Assembly: GCA_021799485.1 (NCBI GenBank)
Contig: JAJZAK010000008.1
Coordinates: 5,569 to 69,568 of the forward strand
Source of the DNA: a bacterium
GTDB lineage: Bacteria; Elusimicrobiota; Elusimicrobia; UBA1565; UBA9628
DNA length: 64,000 nt
Direction: 5' to 3'
Below, piece by piece: positions 26,612 through 42,203 of the stretch (within the stretch, counting starts at the first letter, position 1; each line of letters opens with the position of its first letter). The position numbers and the translations under genes are program-made. The notes under the pieces are model-generated. The model was not told the origin of the DNA and did not search any database. It worked only from the letters and a program-made list of their open reading frames with translations.

Positions 26612-28958
26612 AGCGAAGACGGCTCCCAAGCCGCGGGAGGCCGCATCCAAGAAGCCCTCCCAGGATTCCGCCAAGGCGCTTCTCATCGTCGAGTCGCCCG
26701 CCAAGGAAAAGACCATCGCCCGCTACATTGGCTCCAAGGGCTACGTCGTGCGCAGCTCCTACGGCCACATCCGGGACCTCCCGGAGAGGCGCTTGGGAGT
26801 CGACGAAAAGAAGGACTTCGCGCCCGATTATGTGATTCTGCCGAAGGCTAAAAAGATCCTCTCCGAGATCGGGACGTTGGTCGGCAAGTCCTCGCGCGTC
26901 TACCTCGCGACCGACCAGGACCGGGAAGGAGAATCCATCGCCTGGCATCTCGTCGAGGCCCTGGGCATCCCGCCGGAAAAAACCGCCCGCATCACCTTCC
27001 ACGAGATCACGCCCCAGGCCATCGCCGATGCCCTCCAGCACCCGCGCTCGATCGACGAGAGGCTCGTCCAGGCTCAGCAGGCCCGTCGCGTTCTCGACCG
27101 CCTGGTGGGCTACAAGCTGTCCCCGCTCCTATGGAAGAAGATCAGCCGCGGCCTCTCCGCGGGGCGCGTCCAGTCGGCGGCGCTCGCGCTCCTCGTCGAG
27201 CGCGAAAGAGAGATCAAGGATTTCAAGCCTGAAAACTACTGGGCCGTCAAGGCGCTTCTTGAAAAGCCGGGCCATCCCCCCTTCGAGGCGGAGCTCTCGC
27301 GCTGGAAAGGGCAGAAGGTGGAGTCATCGAGGACCTTCGACCTTTTCGCGGAGCCCTACCGCGTCCGGGTCACCATCCTGAGGACCGCCGAGAGCGTCTC
27401 GGATCTCAAGAAGGAGATCGCGGGCAAGGACGTCTTAGTCGCGGCGACCGAGCGCAAGGAGACGCGCCGCTTCCCGTCGCCTCCCTTCGCGACGAGCGGG
27501 CTCCAGCAGGCCGCCTCGCAGAGGCTTGGTTTCACCGCCAAGAGGACGATGATGGTCGCGCAGTCGCTCTACGAGGGCGTCGAGCTGGGCGGGGAAGAGG
27601 CCGTCGGCCTCATCACCTACATGCGCACGGACTCCTTCTCCGTCGCCGCGAGCGCCGCGCAGGAGGCGTCCCAATATCTCGCGCGGCGCTTCGGGCCCGC
27701 CTACGTCCCCAACAAGCCTCCCGTCTACCAGCAGAAATCCTCCCTCGCGCAGGAGGCCCACGAAGCCATAAGGCCGACCAGCATCCTGCGCGAACCCGGC
27801 CAGGTCAAGAAGCATCTGACGCCCGACCAAGCGCGGCTCTACGAGCTTATTTGGAACCGCTTCGCCGCGAGCCAAATGACTCCGGCGGTCTACGATTCCC
27901 TGTCGGCCGACATCGCCTGCGGCGAAGCCGTTTTCCGCGCCTCGGGAAGGACCCTCAAATTCGACGGATTCCTCAAGGCCGCCGAGGCCTCCCAGGAGGG
28001 GGACGCCGAGATCGACGCCGAGCCGGCTTCCGCCGCCGAGGCGCCCATCCCGCCGCTTGCCGACGGCGAGCGGCTCAAGCTCGACGATCTCAAGGCCCAG
28101 GAGATCTCGACGAGCCCCCCGCCCCATTACAACGAGGCAAGCCTCATTAAGACGATGGAGAAGCACGGCATCGGCCGTCCCTCGACCTACGCCCCGACGA
28201 TCTCGACCCTATTCGACCGCCGTTACGCCGAACGCCAGCCCAAGGACCGGCGCATCATTCCGACGGAACTGGGGGGGCTCGTCATCGACAAGCTCAAGGA
28301 GCATTTCCCCGACGTCGTGAGCCTCGCCTACACCGCCAAGATGGAGGATCGGCTCGACTCGATCGCCGAGGGGAAAGAACCCTGGTCGCGGGTCGTGAAG
28401 GACTTTTATGATCCCTTTTCCCGGGCTCTTGCCGAAGCGGCGCGCGTCATGAGCGACGAGCGCGTCAAGCCCGCGCCCACCAATGATCGATGCCCCCTCT
28501 GCGGCAAGCCCATGCTCCTGCGGCAAAGCCGCTTCGGCAAATACTTGGGCTGCTCCGATTTTCCAAAATGCAAGGGGAAAATCGCCCTCGACGCCCAAGG
28601 CAAGAAGCTCGTGGCCGAGGAGACGGGGGAGCTCTGCGATCTCTGCGGGAAACCCCTCGTCTACCGCACGGGCCGGCGCGGGCGCTTCATCGCCTGCTCG
28701 GGCTACCCCGCCTGCAAGAATTCCTACACCTTGGACTCCGAGGGCAAAAAAATCGAGTCCTCGCGCCCCATCCCGACCAGCCGGCGCTGCGAAAAATGCC
28801 AAAGCCCCTTCTTGCTGCGCCTGGGCAAGCGCGGCTATTTCATCGCCTGCTCGGGCTATCCCAAGTGCCGCAACCTCAAGCGCCTCGGCCGGGAGGAGGG
28901 CGAAGCCCTGAAGGCCGAGTTCGAAGCGAAGCGTCCCAAGACCACGCCGGTCTCGTGA
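26595..28958 (+). CDS. topA: DNA topoisomerase I with C-terminal zinc ribbons
   Basis: LLIVESPAKEKTIARYIG Toprim start, then TYMRTDS. Three C-terminal CxxC...CxxC Zn ribbons. Confidence 0.9.
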   Translation: MPAKPKAKTAPKPREAASKKPSQDSAKALLIVESPAKEKTIARYIGSKGYVVRSSYGHIRDLPERRLGVDEKKDFAPDYVILPKAKKILSEIGTLVGKSSRVYLATDQDREGESIAWHLVEALGIPPEKTARITFHEITPQAIADALQHPRSIDERLVQAQQARRVLDRLVGYKLSPLLWKKISRGLSAGRVQSAALALLVEREREIKDFKPENYWAVKALLEKPGHPPFEAELSRWKGQKVESSRTFDLFAEPYRVRVTILRTAESVSDLKKEIAGKDVLVAATERKETRRFPSPPFATSGLQQAASQRLGFTAKRTMMVAQSLYEGVELGGEEAVGLITYMRTDSFSVAASAAQEASQYLARRFGPAYVPNKPPVYQQKSSLAQEAHEAIRPTSILREPGQVKKHLTPDQARLYELIWNRFAASQMTPAVYDSLSADIACGEAVFRASGRTLKFDGFLKAAEASQEGDAEIDAEPASAAEAPIPPLADGERLKLDDLKAQEISTSPPPHYNEASLIKTMEKHGIGRPSTYAPTISTLFDRRYAERQPKDRRIIPTELGGLVIDKLKEHFPDVVSLAYTAKMEDRLDSIAEGKEPWSRVVKDFYDPFSRALAEAARVMSDERVKPAPTNDRCPLCGKPMLLRQSRFGKYLGCSDFPKCKGKIALDAQGKKLVAEETGELCDLCGKPLVYRTGRRGRFIACSGYPACKNSYTLDSEGKKIESSRPIPTSRRCEKCQSPFLLRLGKRGYFIACSGYPKCRNLKRLGREEGEALKAEFEAKRPKTTPVS

Positions 28959-29875
28959 ACTCCTGGCTTGACCGCTTCCTGCGGCACATGAAGTGGTCTC
29001 TGCGTTGCTCGGAGCATACCCTGCGCGCCTACGAGAAGGATCTACGGGACTTCCTGCGCGCGGAAAATCCCTCCGGACCGGGCGACATCCGGCGTCCTCT
29101 GTTGAGGAGCTATTTGGCGCGTCTGGGCGCGGGGCGGCGATCGAGCCCCAACACCGTCCTCAGGCGCATCTCGGCCCTTCGCTCCTTTCTGCGTTTCCTG
29201 CGCCAGGAAGGCGCCCTGCGGGAGGATCCATTCGTAGGCCTTCCTCTTCCCAAAAAGGAAAGACGCCTGCCCCGGTTCCTCACGGCCAAGGAAACGGAGG
29301 AGTTCCTGGGATCGGCCCCGGAGCGCTCCAAGGAGCTCGCGGCGCGCAACAACGCCATCGCGGAGATTCTCTATTCGAGCGGCCTGCGCCGCGCGGAGCT
29401 TTGCGCCCTCAACGTCGGGGACGTGGACTGGATCTCCGGCGTCCTGCGCGTCTGGGGGAAAGGCCGGCGCGAGCGCGTCGTCCCCGTCGGGAAAAGGGCC
29501 TTGGGACGTTTGCGGGACTACCTGGACACGCGGCCCCATCTCGACGCCGCCCAGCCGCTCTTTCTCAGCTCGCGAGGGCTTCGAATTTCGGCCGAGACCG
29601 CCGCATGGCTGATCAGGCGCCGGGCGCTTGCCTCGCCTATCGCCAAGCCGGTCTCTCCCCACTCCCTGCGCCACAGCTTCGCGACCCATCTCCTCGACAA
29701 CGGCTGCGATTTGCGCTCGGTCCAGGAGATGCTGGGGCACAAGAATCTCGACACGACCCAGATCTACACCCACATCTCCCTTGAAAGGCTGCGGAAAGCC
29801 TACGGAGACGCTCATCCGCTGGCGAGGAGCCGCTCGACGCGGCGGGACGGGAAGACGCCCCCTGATGGACGATAA
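28955..29875 (+). CDS. xerC: tyrosine site-specific recombinase XerC/XerD
   Basis: Phage-integrase N-terminal SAM-like domain (RAYEKDLRDFL). Catalytic R...HSLRHSFATHLL...Y (HxxR and Tyr). GTG start overlaps the topA stop; ATG at 28988 is an alternative. Confidence 0.85.
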   Translation: MNSWLDRFLRHMKWSLRCSEHTLRAYEKDLRDFLRAENPSGPGDIRRPLLRSYLARLGAGRRSSPNTVLRRISALRSFLRFLRQEGALREDPFVGLPLPKKERRLPRFLTAKETEEFLGSAPERSKELAARNNAIAEILYSSGLRRAELCALNVGDVDWISGVLRVWGKGRRERVVPVGKRALGRLRDYLDTRPHLDAAQPLFLSSRGLRISAETAAWLIRRRALASPIAKPVSPHSLRHSFATHLLDNGCDLRSVQEMLGHKNLDTTQIYTHISLERLRKAYGDAHPLARSRSTRRDGKTPPDGR

Positions 29876-30800
29876 GATCGCGCTCCTCATCGAGGAAACA
29901 GGCTGCGAGCCGAGCGAGGCCGAACTGGCGCTCAGCCTCTCGGGCTTCGACGTCCCGCGGGCCGTGCGCCTCTTGGAGCGCATGCTCAAGAACATCCTGG
30001 TCCTCTCCGGGAAGTTCCGCGACCCGGCGCGCGGGGTCTTTGGTCTTTTCCTCGCCGTTCTCGACGTCAAGACGGCGTCTCCGCTGCGGACCCGGGCGCT
30101 CCTTTCCCTCGACCCCGCCGTCCACGCGGAGGATCTCGCGCAAGACTGGTTCGATTTCGAGCGCCAAATCTACGGCCTGCGTCTGGGAGAGGGAAGCCTG
30201 CTCGAGGAAAGCCTCTCTCTCGAGCACGGCCTTCTTGAGCGGCTTCGCGTCCTGCCGCGCCGGAAGAAAAGAGTGATCGAGGAGGGCCCCTTGGAGGCCG
30301 CTTCAAGGGAAGCGGCCTCCATCCTGCGCGCCCTCCTCGACGCTCCCGACGCCCCCGTCATCCTCATGCGCAAGCTCATCAGCCTCAGCCATTACCGGGA
30401 ACTCAAGGGCCGCAAAACCCAGGCCGCCAAGCGGCGCCCTTCCTCCGCCGCGGCGCGAGAGTCGGAGATCCTCGTCCTCGACGTCCGCATGACGGAGAAT
30501 TCCCAGGGCGTGCCGGCGCGAGAGCTGCGCTCGGGCGACATCGTGTGGGTTTCCATCACGGATCATCGCGACGTCGCCCAATACCTCGCGAGGCTCCTGG
30601 GAGCGGTCCGCGACGGAGCCCCTTCTCCCATCGAAGCCGCCGTCGAGGCGGTCGAGGCGGTCAGCCGCGGCGTTCTCGTCCGCGTGCGCCTTTCCGGAGA
30701 GGTCTGCGGCGATGCGATGCTCTCGTCATCGGCGAGAATCCATTGCCTGCGCCAAACGCGATTTTACAGCGGAGACGGTTTGACGATGGATGAGAAATAA
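29865..30800 (+). CDS. hypothetical protein upstream of dnaA
   Basis: 311-aa ORF. ATG overlaps the xerC stop (ATGGACGATAA). No recognised motifs. Confidence 0.45.
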   Translation: MDDKIALLIEETGCEPSEAELALSLSGFDVPRAVRLLERMLKNILVLSGKFRDPARGVFGLFLAVLDVKTASPLRTRALLSLDPAVHAEDLAQDWFDFERQIYGLRLGEGSLLEESLSLEHGLLERLRVLPRRKKRVIEEGPLEAASREAASILRALLDAPDAPVILMRKLISLSHYRELKGRKTQAAKRRPSSAAARESEILVLDVRMTENSQGVPARELRSGDIVWVSITDHRDVAQYLARLLGAVRDGAPSPIEAAVEAVEAVSRGVLVRVRLSGEVCGDAMLSSSARIHCLRQTRFYSGDGLTMDEK

Positions 30801-30937
30801 GATAAAATGATGTTTATCGGAAAGGGGTTTTCTTCAAGTTTCAAGGTACTTTGTGGGCGACGGCCGCGTCCAAATATTTCTTTTAATTTACTTCATTATT
30901 TCTATTTTGAGCCGTTGTCAACACCTGTTGATAAGCT
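30801..30937. promoter_or_regulatory. AT-rich dnaA upstream region with DnaA-box-like sites (candidate oriC part or dnaA promoter)
   Basis: Local GC drops sharply. TGTTGATAA (30927-30935) and TGTGAATAA (30937-30945) are each 1 mismatch from TGTGGATAA. AT-tract ttttaatttacttcattatttctatttt. Confidence 0.45.
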
Positions 30938-32287
30938 GTGAATAACCCCCACGCCGAACTCTGGGGCGGAGCCCTTGAAAAGCTTCAGCAGGAGGTCGGC
31001 GCGGAGTCCGTTGATTTATGGCTCCATCCGGTCGAGGCTTTCAAGCTTGAAAACCATATTTTGACTCTGAAGGTCCCGAACAAGTTTTTCCTCAACGGCA
31101 TCCGAGACGGGTACCAGAAACGCCTTGAGGCGATCCTCAAGGATCTGGCCGGAGAACCCATCCTCATCGACTATCAGATATCCCAAGGCCTTGCCTCGCT
31201 GCCAACGGCGGCCGACCCCATCCCCACGCCGACTCCGCAATCGGATTTCGCCTCGACGGAGTTCAACCCGCGCTACACCTTCGATTCCTTTGTGGTCGGC
31301 GACTCCAATCGTCTCGCTCACGCGACGGCCGAGGCCATCGCGAAGAAGCCGGGAACCCAATACAACCCCTTCTTCCTCTACGGCGGCGTCGGTCTCGGAA
31401 AGACCCATCTCCTCCACGCGATCGGCAACCACATCCGGCGCGCTTCTCCGCGCGCGGGGCTCCTCTACACGACGGCGGAGCAGTTCGTCAACGACTATAT
31501 CAACGCCATCCGGCTCGGCACGACCGACGCCTTCCGATCCAAATACCGGAGCCTCGACTGCCTCCTTATCGACGACATCCAGTTTCTCATCTCCAAGGAC
31601 AAGAGCGAGGAGGAATTCTTTCACACCTTCAACGCCCTCCATGGAGCGCGTCGTCAAGTCGTCATCGCCTCCGACCGCTCCCCGCAAGACATGTCCCAGA
31701 TCGAGAAAAGGCTCCTGTCGCGGCTCGAGTGGGGGGTCGTGGCGGACATCAAGAGCCCGGATCTTGAGACCCGCATCGCCATCCTCAGGAAGAAAGCGGA
31801 CGTCGAGCGCTTCTATGTCCCGGATGACGTCCTCGTCTATGTCGCCTCATCGATCAAAAACAGCATCCGCACCCTCGAAGGCGCGCTCATCCGCCTCAGG
31901 GCCTTCACGTCCATGACCGGAAGCGCCCTGACCGTCGATGAAGCCAAGGAAATCCTCAAGGACAGCGTGTCCCCGGAGGATATGGGCCCCGTGCGCGTCG
32001 ACACCATCCAGCGCATGGTCGCCCAAAAGTATTCGATCGAGACCAAGGATCTGAAAGGGCAGAAACGCACATCCTCGGTTTCGATGCCGCGGCAGCTCGC
32101 GATGTATCTGGCCTGCGAAATGACGGAGCTTTCCCTGAAGGAGATCGGGGAATTCTTCGGCGGCCGCGATCATTCGACCGTCCTCCACGCCCGCAATAAA
32201 ATCAAAGAGAAACTCTCGGATCCTTTTTTCCTGGAGCTGGTCAATAAGCTCCAGTCCGACATCCGAACGGCCGTGGAAACCGGTTGA
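30938..32287 (+). CDS. dnaA: chromosomal replication initiator DnaA
   Basis: YNPFFLYGGVGLGKTHLLHAIG (Walker A), LLIDDIQF and domain IV ...PRQLAMYL...GGRDHSTVLHA. GTG start. Confidence 0.9.
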   Translation: MNNPHAELWGGALEKLQQEVGAESVDLWLHPVEAFKLENHILTLKVPNKFFLNGIRDGYQKRLEAILKDLAGEPILIDYQISQGLASLPTAADPIPTPTPQSDFASTEFNPRYTFDSFVVGDSNRLAHATAEAIAKKPGTQYNPFFLYGGVGLGKTHLLHAIGNHIRRASPRAGLLYTTAEQFVNDYINAIRLGTTDAFRSKYRSLDCLLIDDIQFLISKDKSEEEFFHTFNALHGARRQVVIASDRSPQDMSQIEKRLLSRLEWGVVADIKSPDLETRIAILRKKADVERFYVPDDVLVYVASSIKNSIRTLEGALIRLRAFTSMTGSALTVDEAKEILKDSVSPEDMGPVRVDTIQRMVAQKYSIETKDLKGQKRTSSVSMPRQLAMYLACEMTELSLKEIGEFFGGRDHSTVLHARNKIKEKLSDPFFLELVNKLQSDIRTAVETG

Positions 32288-32431
32288 CAAACGGTGGATG
32301 AATGGCATTCTCGGCATTGCCCGTGGACGGCGTGGATAATTCCAAGGTTTTTCTCCTCCGTTTTTCCCCATGGGTTTTCCCTCCATGTTTCAGGCTTTTC
32401 CACACAATCCCCAGCATGAATAGAGACTAGG
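32288..32431. promoter_or_regulatory. dnaA-dnaN intergenic region with DnaA-box-like sites (candidate oriC)
   Basis: CGTGGATAA and TTTTCCACA are 1 mismatch from consensus; GGTGGATGA is 2 mismatches. Confidence 0.4.
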
Positions 32432-33558
32432 ATGATTATGAAAATTCACTGTCAGAAATCGGAACTTGTGGACGGAGTTCAAACCGTGCAGTCGGGGTTG
32501 TCCGCCCGCACGACGCTTCCGATCCTGCTCAACTTCATGATGGAAACGGAAAAATCGAAGCTTAAGGTGGTCTCAACGGACCTTGAGATGGGTGTCAAGC
32601 ATTATATTCCCGTCGAAATAGAGTCCGAGGGGAGCATCACGATCCCGGCCAGGAAGTTCGCCGACATCCTCCATAGCCTTCCGGAAAACCAGGACATCGA
32701 GCTTGCCGCCGACGCGGCCGGCAAGATTCAGCTTAAGTGCGGACGGACTCGATTTGATATTTTGGGTGCGCCGAAGTCGGAATATCCCTTGATTCCGGAG
32801 TTCAGCCGCGACGAAGCCTTCACGATTTCGGCGGTCGCCGTGGGCGAGATGATCGGGCGGACGATCTTTTCCGCGGCCAGCGACGAGACGCGGCACGCTT
32901 TAAACGGAGTCTGCTGGACGGCGAAGGGAGGGGTTCTTGAGCTCGCGGCCACCGACGGCCGCCGTCTCGCCGTGGCGAGTCGCGATGTCCTTCCGAAAGA
33001 CAAGGAATTCCAAATCATCGTTCCGACTAAAATTTTAAACGAACTGATGAGGCTTCTGGGAGCCTGGGATCTTCCCGCGGACTCCAAGGAAAGCGCCTGG
33101 GTCGCGGTCTCCGAGAATCAGATCGCGTTCCAGATCAGGGAAACGACTTTGTTGTCTCGGCTAGTGGGGGGGCCGTATCCGCGCTATGACCAGCTTATTC
33201 CGTCCAAGGCCCAAAAGGACCAGTCGGCCGTGATGAAGACGGCGGATTTTTTGGCGGTGACCAGGCGCGCCGCCCTGTGCGCGGCGGAGAGGGGAAGCTC
33301 GGTTAAATTCGTTCTCAAGCCGGGGAGCCTCCAGGTCTCGGCGTCGAGCCCCTATCTTGAATTCGAGGACGAGATGCCGGCGAGCTACCAGGGCTCGGAG
33401 ATGGTCGTCGCCTTTAATCCTCAGTTTGTCATCGACGCCTTGAAGCGAGTGGATTCCCCGGAGACGTCCTTCACCCTCACGAGTTCGCTCAATCCCGCTC
33501 TCATCGAGCCCGCGGGAGGAGCCGATTACCGCTTTGTCGTCATGCCCATGAGGATTTA

Positions 33559-33559
<1 letters not shown>
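32432..33559 (+). CDS. dnaN: DNA polymerase III beta subunit (sliding clamp)
   Basis: 375-aa three-domain clamp with a typical N-terminal MKI.C.K.EL. Directly downstream of dnaA. Confidence 0.9.
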
Positions 33560-36401
<2,842 letters not shown>

Positions 36402-36425
36402 CAGAGGAGATCGAGGAAAAAGAAC

Positions 36426-38942
<2,517 letters not shown>

Positions 38943-38955
38943 CGGCGCCCCTGCG

Positions 38956-39504
38956 ATGGCAATGAAGTCGGCGGCGGCCGCTCTTTTTCTCGCCGTCGCG
39001 GCGGCCGCTTCGCGGCCCGCTTGGTCCCAGGAGCCCCGGTCGTCGCGCGGGGTCCGGCTCGAGGCGGTCTCGTGGCAGCTCTTCGCCAGCTCTGCAAGCC
39101 GCCAAGGGGCGTGGGAAGACGCCCGAAGCGTCGTCGTGCGGGGATCGAAGCTGCCGGGACGGCTTCGGGCCGTGGCGACGCTCGACAACGCCGCGTCCCG
39201 CGCCATGCTCGGCCTGGTTCTGCGCTACGTCGTCTCCATGCGGTACGATGCGCCGGCGGCAGGAACCGAAAACATCCCGTTTTTTATGGATGAGCGGCGC
39301 GTTCCGATGGTCAAAGCCGGGGAGTCGCTGCGGCTTTCCCTGGAGGTTCCCAACCTAGCCTCCAATCTCAGGGAATCCCTGGGATCGAATCTCCCGCTCC
39401 CGATTTCCGTGCGCATCAAGGTCGTTCTCAAGCCGCGCGGAGACCTCGTCGAGACGCTGCAGGCGGTCTCCGGGGACCTGCGCCTTCGCTACGAGAACCG
39501 ATGA
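38956..39504 (+). CDS. hypothetical secreted protein
   Basis: Signal peptide (AAALFLAVAAAASRPAWSQ). Confidence 0.4.
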   Translation: MAMKSAAAALFLAVAAAASRPAWSQEPRSSRGVRLEAVSWQLFASSASRQGAWEDARSVVVRGSKLPGRLRAVATLDNAASRAMLGLVLRYVVSMRYDAPAAGTENIPFFMDERRVPMVKAGESLRLSLEVPNLASNLRESLGSNLPLPISVRIKVVLKPRGDLVETLQAVSGDLRLRYENR

Positions 39505-40808
39505 TCGATCTGGCCCTGGCGAGGAAAAATCCGGACGCGCTGCGAGCGGCCTTCAAGTCGCGCGGCGGACGCTTTAACGAGCCCTTCGAGGGCCTTTTGG
39601 CGCTTTCGGCGCGCGAGAAGGCCGTCCGCGCGGAAGTCGATGAGATGCGCGCGGCGAGGAACGCCTATTCCAAGCGCATGGCGGAGATGAAGTTCAGGGG
39701 CGGGGCCGCCGCTCCGGTGGGGGGCGGTGCGGAGACGGCCGGCTTCGACAAGGCGGCGCTAGCGAGGAAAGAAGAAGAACTGGCCGGCCTCGAGAGGGAG
39801 CTCAAGGATTCGGCCCTCGGCCTGCCCAACCCCCCGCACGAGTCCGTGCCGCCGGGCCTGTCCCCCGAGGACAACAAGGTCGTGCGGGAATCCGCGGGGA
39901 GCGCGCCGGCGGCGGGATTCAAGCAGCGTGACCACCAGGAGATCGGCGAGCGGCTCGGCCTCCTGGATTTCGCCGCGGCGGCGAAGCTCGCCGGATCCAG
40001 GTTTTGCCTGTGGCGGGGCGTCGGCGCCAAGCTCGTCCGCGCGATCATCCGTTATCAGCTCGAACGTCATATCGCCGCGGGCTACGAGGAGATATGGCCT
40101 CCGGCTCTCGTTCGCTCCGAGATTCTGGAGGGAACGGGGCAACTCCCTAAATTCGAGGACCAGCTCTATAAGACGGGATCGACGGAGGAGCAGGAGGGAG
40201 GAGCGCTGTACCTCATCCCGACGGCCGAAGTGCCGCTGACGAACCTCGTGCGCGAGAGCGTGCTCGAGGGGAAGGATATGCCCCGCAAGTGGTGCGCCTA
40301 CACGCCGTGCTTCCGCCAGGAAGCGGGCTCCTACGGCAAGGACGTCCGCGGCCTGATCCGAAACCACCAATTCGACAAGGTGGAGCTCGTCTGGGTGACG
40401 AAGCCGGAGGATTCTCTTGCCGCCCTGGAGTCCCTGACCGCGGACGCCGAGGGAGTTTTAAAGAGCTTGGGGCTGCGCTACCGGGTGATCGAGCTCTGCG
40501 CGGGGGACCTGGGCTTCGCCTCCCGCAAGACGTACGACATCGAGGTCTGGATGCCGGGGGAGGGAAAATTCCGGGAGATATCCTCCTGCTCCGACTGCGG
40601 CGACTTCCAGGCCCGAAGGATGAACGCGAGGTTTCGGAGGGCGCCCCGGCAGCCTCTCGAATGGGTTCACACCTTGAACGGCAGCGGCGTCGCCGTGGGG
40701 CGGCTTTTCGCGGCGATTCTGGAGAACTGCCAGGAAGCGGACGGCGGCGTGCGCATCCCCGGCCCCCTCATCCCCTACTTCGGCGCCGAGCGGATCGATT
40801 CGAAGTAG
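39501..40808 (+). CDS. serS: seryl-tRNA synthetase
   Basis: N-terminal coiled-coil arm, then class II motifs (YTPCFRQEAGSYGKDVRGLIRNHQFDKVE). Confidence 0.9.
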   Translation: MIDLALARKNPDALRAAFKSRGGRFNEPFEGLLALSAREKAVRAEVDEMRAARNAYSKRMAEMKFRGGAAAPVGGGAETAGFDKAALARKEEELAGLERELKDSALGLPNPPHESVPPGLSPEDNKVVRESAGSAPAAGFKQRDHQEIGERLGLLDFAAAAKLAGSRFCLWRGVGAKLVRAIIRYQLERHIAAGYEEIWPPALVRSEILEGTGQLPKFEDQLYKTGSTEEQEGGALYLIPTAEVPLTNLVRESVLEGKDMPRKWCAYTPCFRQEAGSYGKDVRGLIRNHQFDKVELVWVTKPEDSLAALESLTADAEGVLKSLGLRYRVIELCAGDLGFASRKTYDIEVWMPGEGKFREISSCSDCGDFQARRMNARFRRAPRQPLEWVHTLNGSGVAVGRLFAAILENCQEADGGVRIPGPLIPYFGAERIDSK

Positions 40809-40883
40809 CGCCGTCGGCATCAGCCGCCAATTTGCTAACATGCGCGAATGCCGTCCACGATTCTCGTTGGGGGAGGTTTTTCC

Positions 40884-42179
40884 ATGATTCGAAGATTTAA
40901 ATCCGCCGTCATCTCCGCGCTGGCGCTTTCCCTCGCCGCGTGGCTTCCGGCCGCACCGGCGTTCGCCGCCTCATCGGCGGCCTTGCCGCCGGGCGTCGTT
41001 CGGCACATCGTGGTTTTTAAGTCCGGAATTGAACGCGGGGCGAGGCTCTCGATCGTCCAGGGCGAGGGAGGCCAAGTCGTCAGGGAGCTCCCGCTCATCA
41101 ACGCGGTCGTGATCCAAGGCGACTCCAGCCGAATTTTGGACGCCAAGGCCGGCCTCTCGCGGCATTCCGAGGTGCTGCGCGTCGATCCGGATCCGGTCGT
41201 CAACTGGCTTGTTTCCGTCGACCGGGGAATGGGAGAGTTCGCCGCTCCTTCGGCCTCCGAGATCCTGGGCGCCGCGGCCTCGGCCCTCAAGACGCTCAAG
41301 ACCGCGCCCCAGCCCGCCAAGCCCGCCGGCCAGAAGACCCCCTGGGGGGTGAGCCGCGTCCACGCCCCCGAGGCGTGGGCGAAGACGGCCGGACAGGGCG
41401 TCAAGGTTTGCGTCGTCGACACCGGCATCGACATGACGCATCCGGATTTGAAGGGCAATATCGCCGGAGGCTGGAACGCTCTCGATAACAGCTCGAACTT
41501 CAAGGACGACAACGGCCATGGCACCCACGTCTCCGGCACGATCGCGGCCGTCAATAACGCGATCGGCGTGGTGGGAGTCGCCCCCAAGGCGTCTCTCTAT
41601 GGCGTGAAGGTCCTTGACGCCTCGGGCTCGGGAAGCTTCGACGCCGTGATCGCCGGCATGCAGTGGTGCGTGCAGAACCATATGCAGGTCGCGAGCATGT
41701 CCTTGGGCGCGGATCAAGGAAACGATTCGCTCAAGGAAACGGTGGCCGCCATGGCGAAAGGAGGCGTGACCCTCATCGCCGCCGCCGGCAACTCCGGCCC
41801 GGGCGCCGGCACCGTGGGCTATCCCGCGGGCTATCCGGGGGCGATCGCGATCGCGGCGATGGACAGCTCGGACAAGACGGCCGATTTCTCGAGCCGCGGC
41901 CCCCAGGTCGCCTTCATCGCTCCCGGCGTCAACGTGCTTTCGACCTATATGGGAGGAGGCTACCGGAGTCTTTCGGGAACCTCGATGGCGACCCCCCATA
42001 TGACCGGATTGGCGGCTCTCGCGATCGCCGCCCGAGGCGTCTCGGGCTACCAATCGGTGCTCGCGGCCCTGAAGTCCGCCGCCACGCCGATCTCCGGCGT
42101 GGACGCGGCGGAGCAGGGCAACGGCGTCGTCGACGCCCGCGTCCTGGCCGGCGGTTCCCACGCGCCGCGCCGTCGCTGA
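40884..42179 (+). CDS. secreted subtilisin-like serine protease (S8 family)
   Basis: Catalytic triad motifs VVDTGID (Asp), HGTHVSGTIAA (His) and GTSMATPHMTG (Ser). Signal peptide. GGGAGG RBS. Confidence 0.85.
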   Translation: MIRRFKSAVISALALSLAAWLPAAPAFAASSAALPPGVVRHIVVFKSGIERGARLSIVQGEGGQVVRELPLINAVVIQGDSSRILDAKAGLSRHSEVLRVDPDPVVNWLVSVDRGMGEFAAPSASEILGAAASALKTLKTAPQPAKPAGQKTPWGVSRVHAPEAWAKTAGQGVKVCVVDTGIDMTHPDLKGNIAGGWNALDNSSNFKDDNGHGTHVSGTIAAVNNAIGVVGVAPKASLYGVKVLDASGSGSFDAVIAGMQWCVQNHMQVASMSLGADQGNDSLKETVAAMAKGGVTLIAAAGNSGPGAGTVGYPAGYPGAIAIAAMDSSDKTADFSSRGPQVAFIAPGVNVLSTYMGGGYRSLSGTSMATPHMTGLAALAIAARGVSGYQSVLAALKSAATPISGVDAAEQGNGVVDARVLAGGSHAPRRR

Positions 42180-42203
42180 TCGCCGCCCGTAGCTTTTATC
42201 GCG

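Noticed and set aside
25681-26835. 384-aa plus-strand ORF in an alternative frame over dprA and topA
   Set aside because: Pro/Arg/Gly-rich translation. The dprA and topA frames are well supported
30781-30937. Possibility that the AT-rich tract upstream of dnaA is a prophage or island junction
   Set aside because: The flanking genes (xerC, a hypothetical gene, dnaA, dnaN) are core replication genes in a conserved arrangement. DnaA-box-like sites make an origin or promoter role more likely
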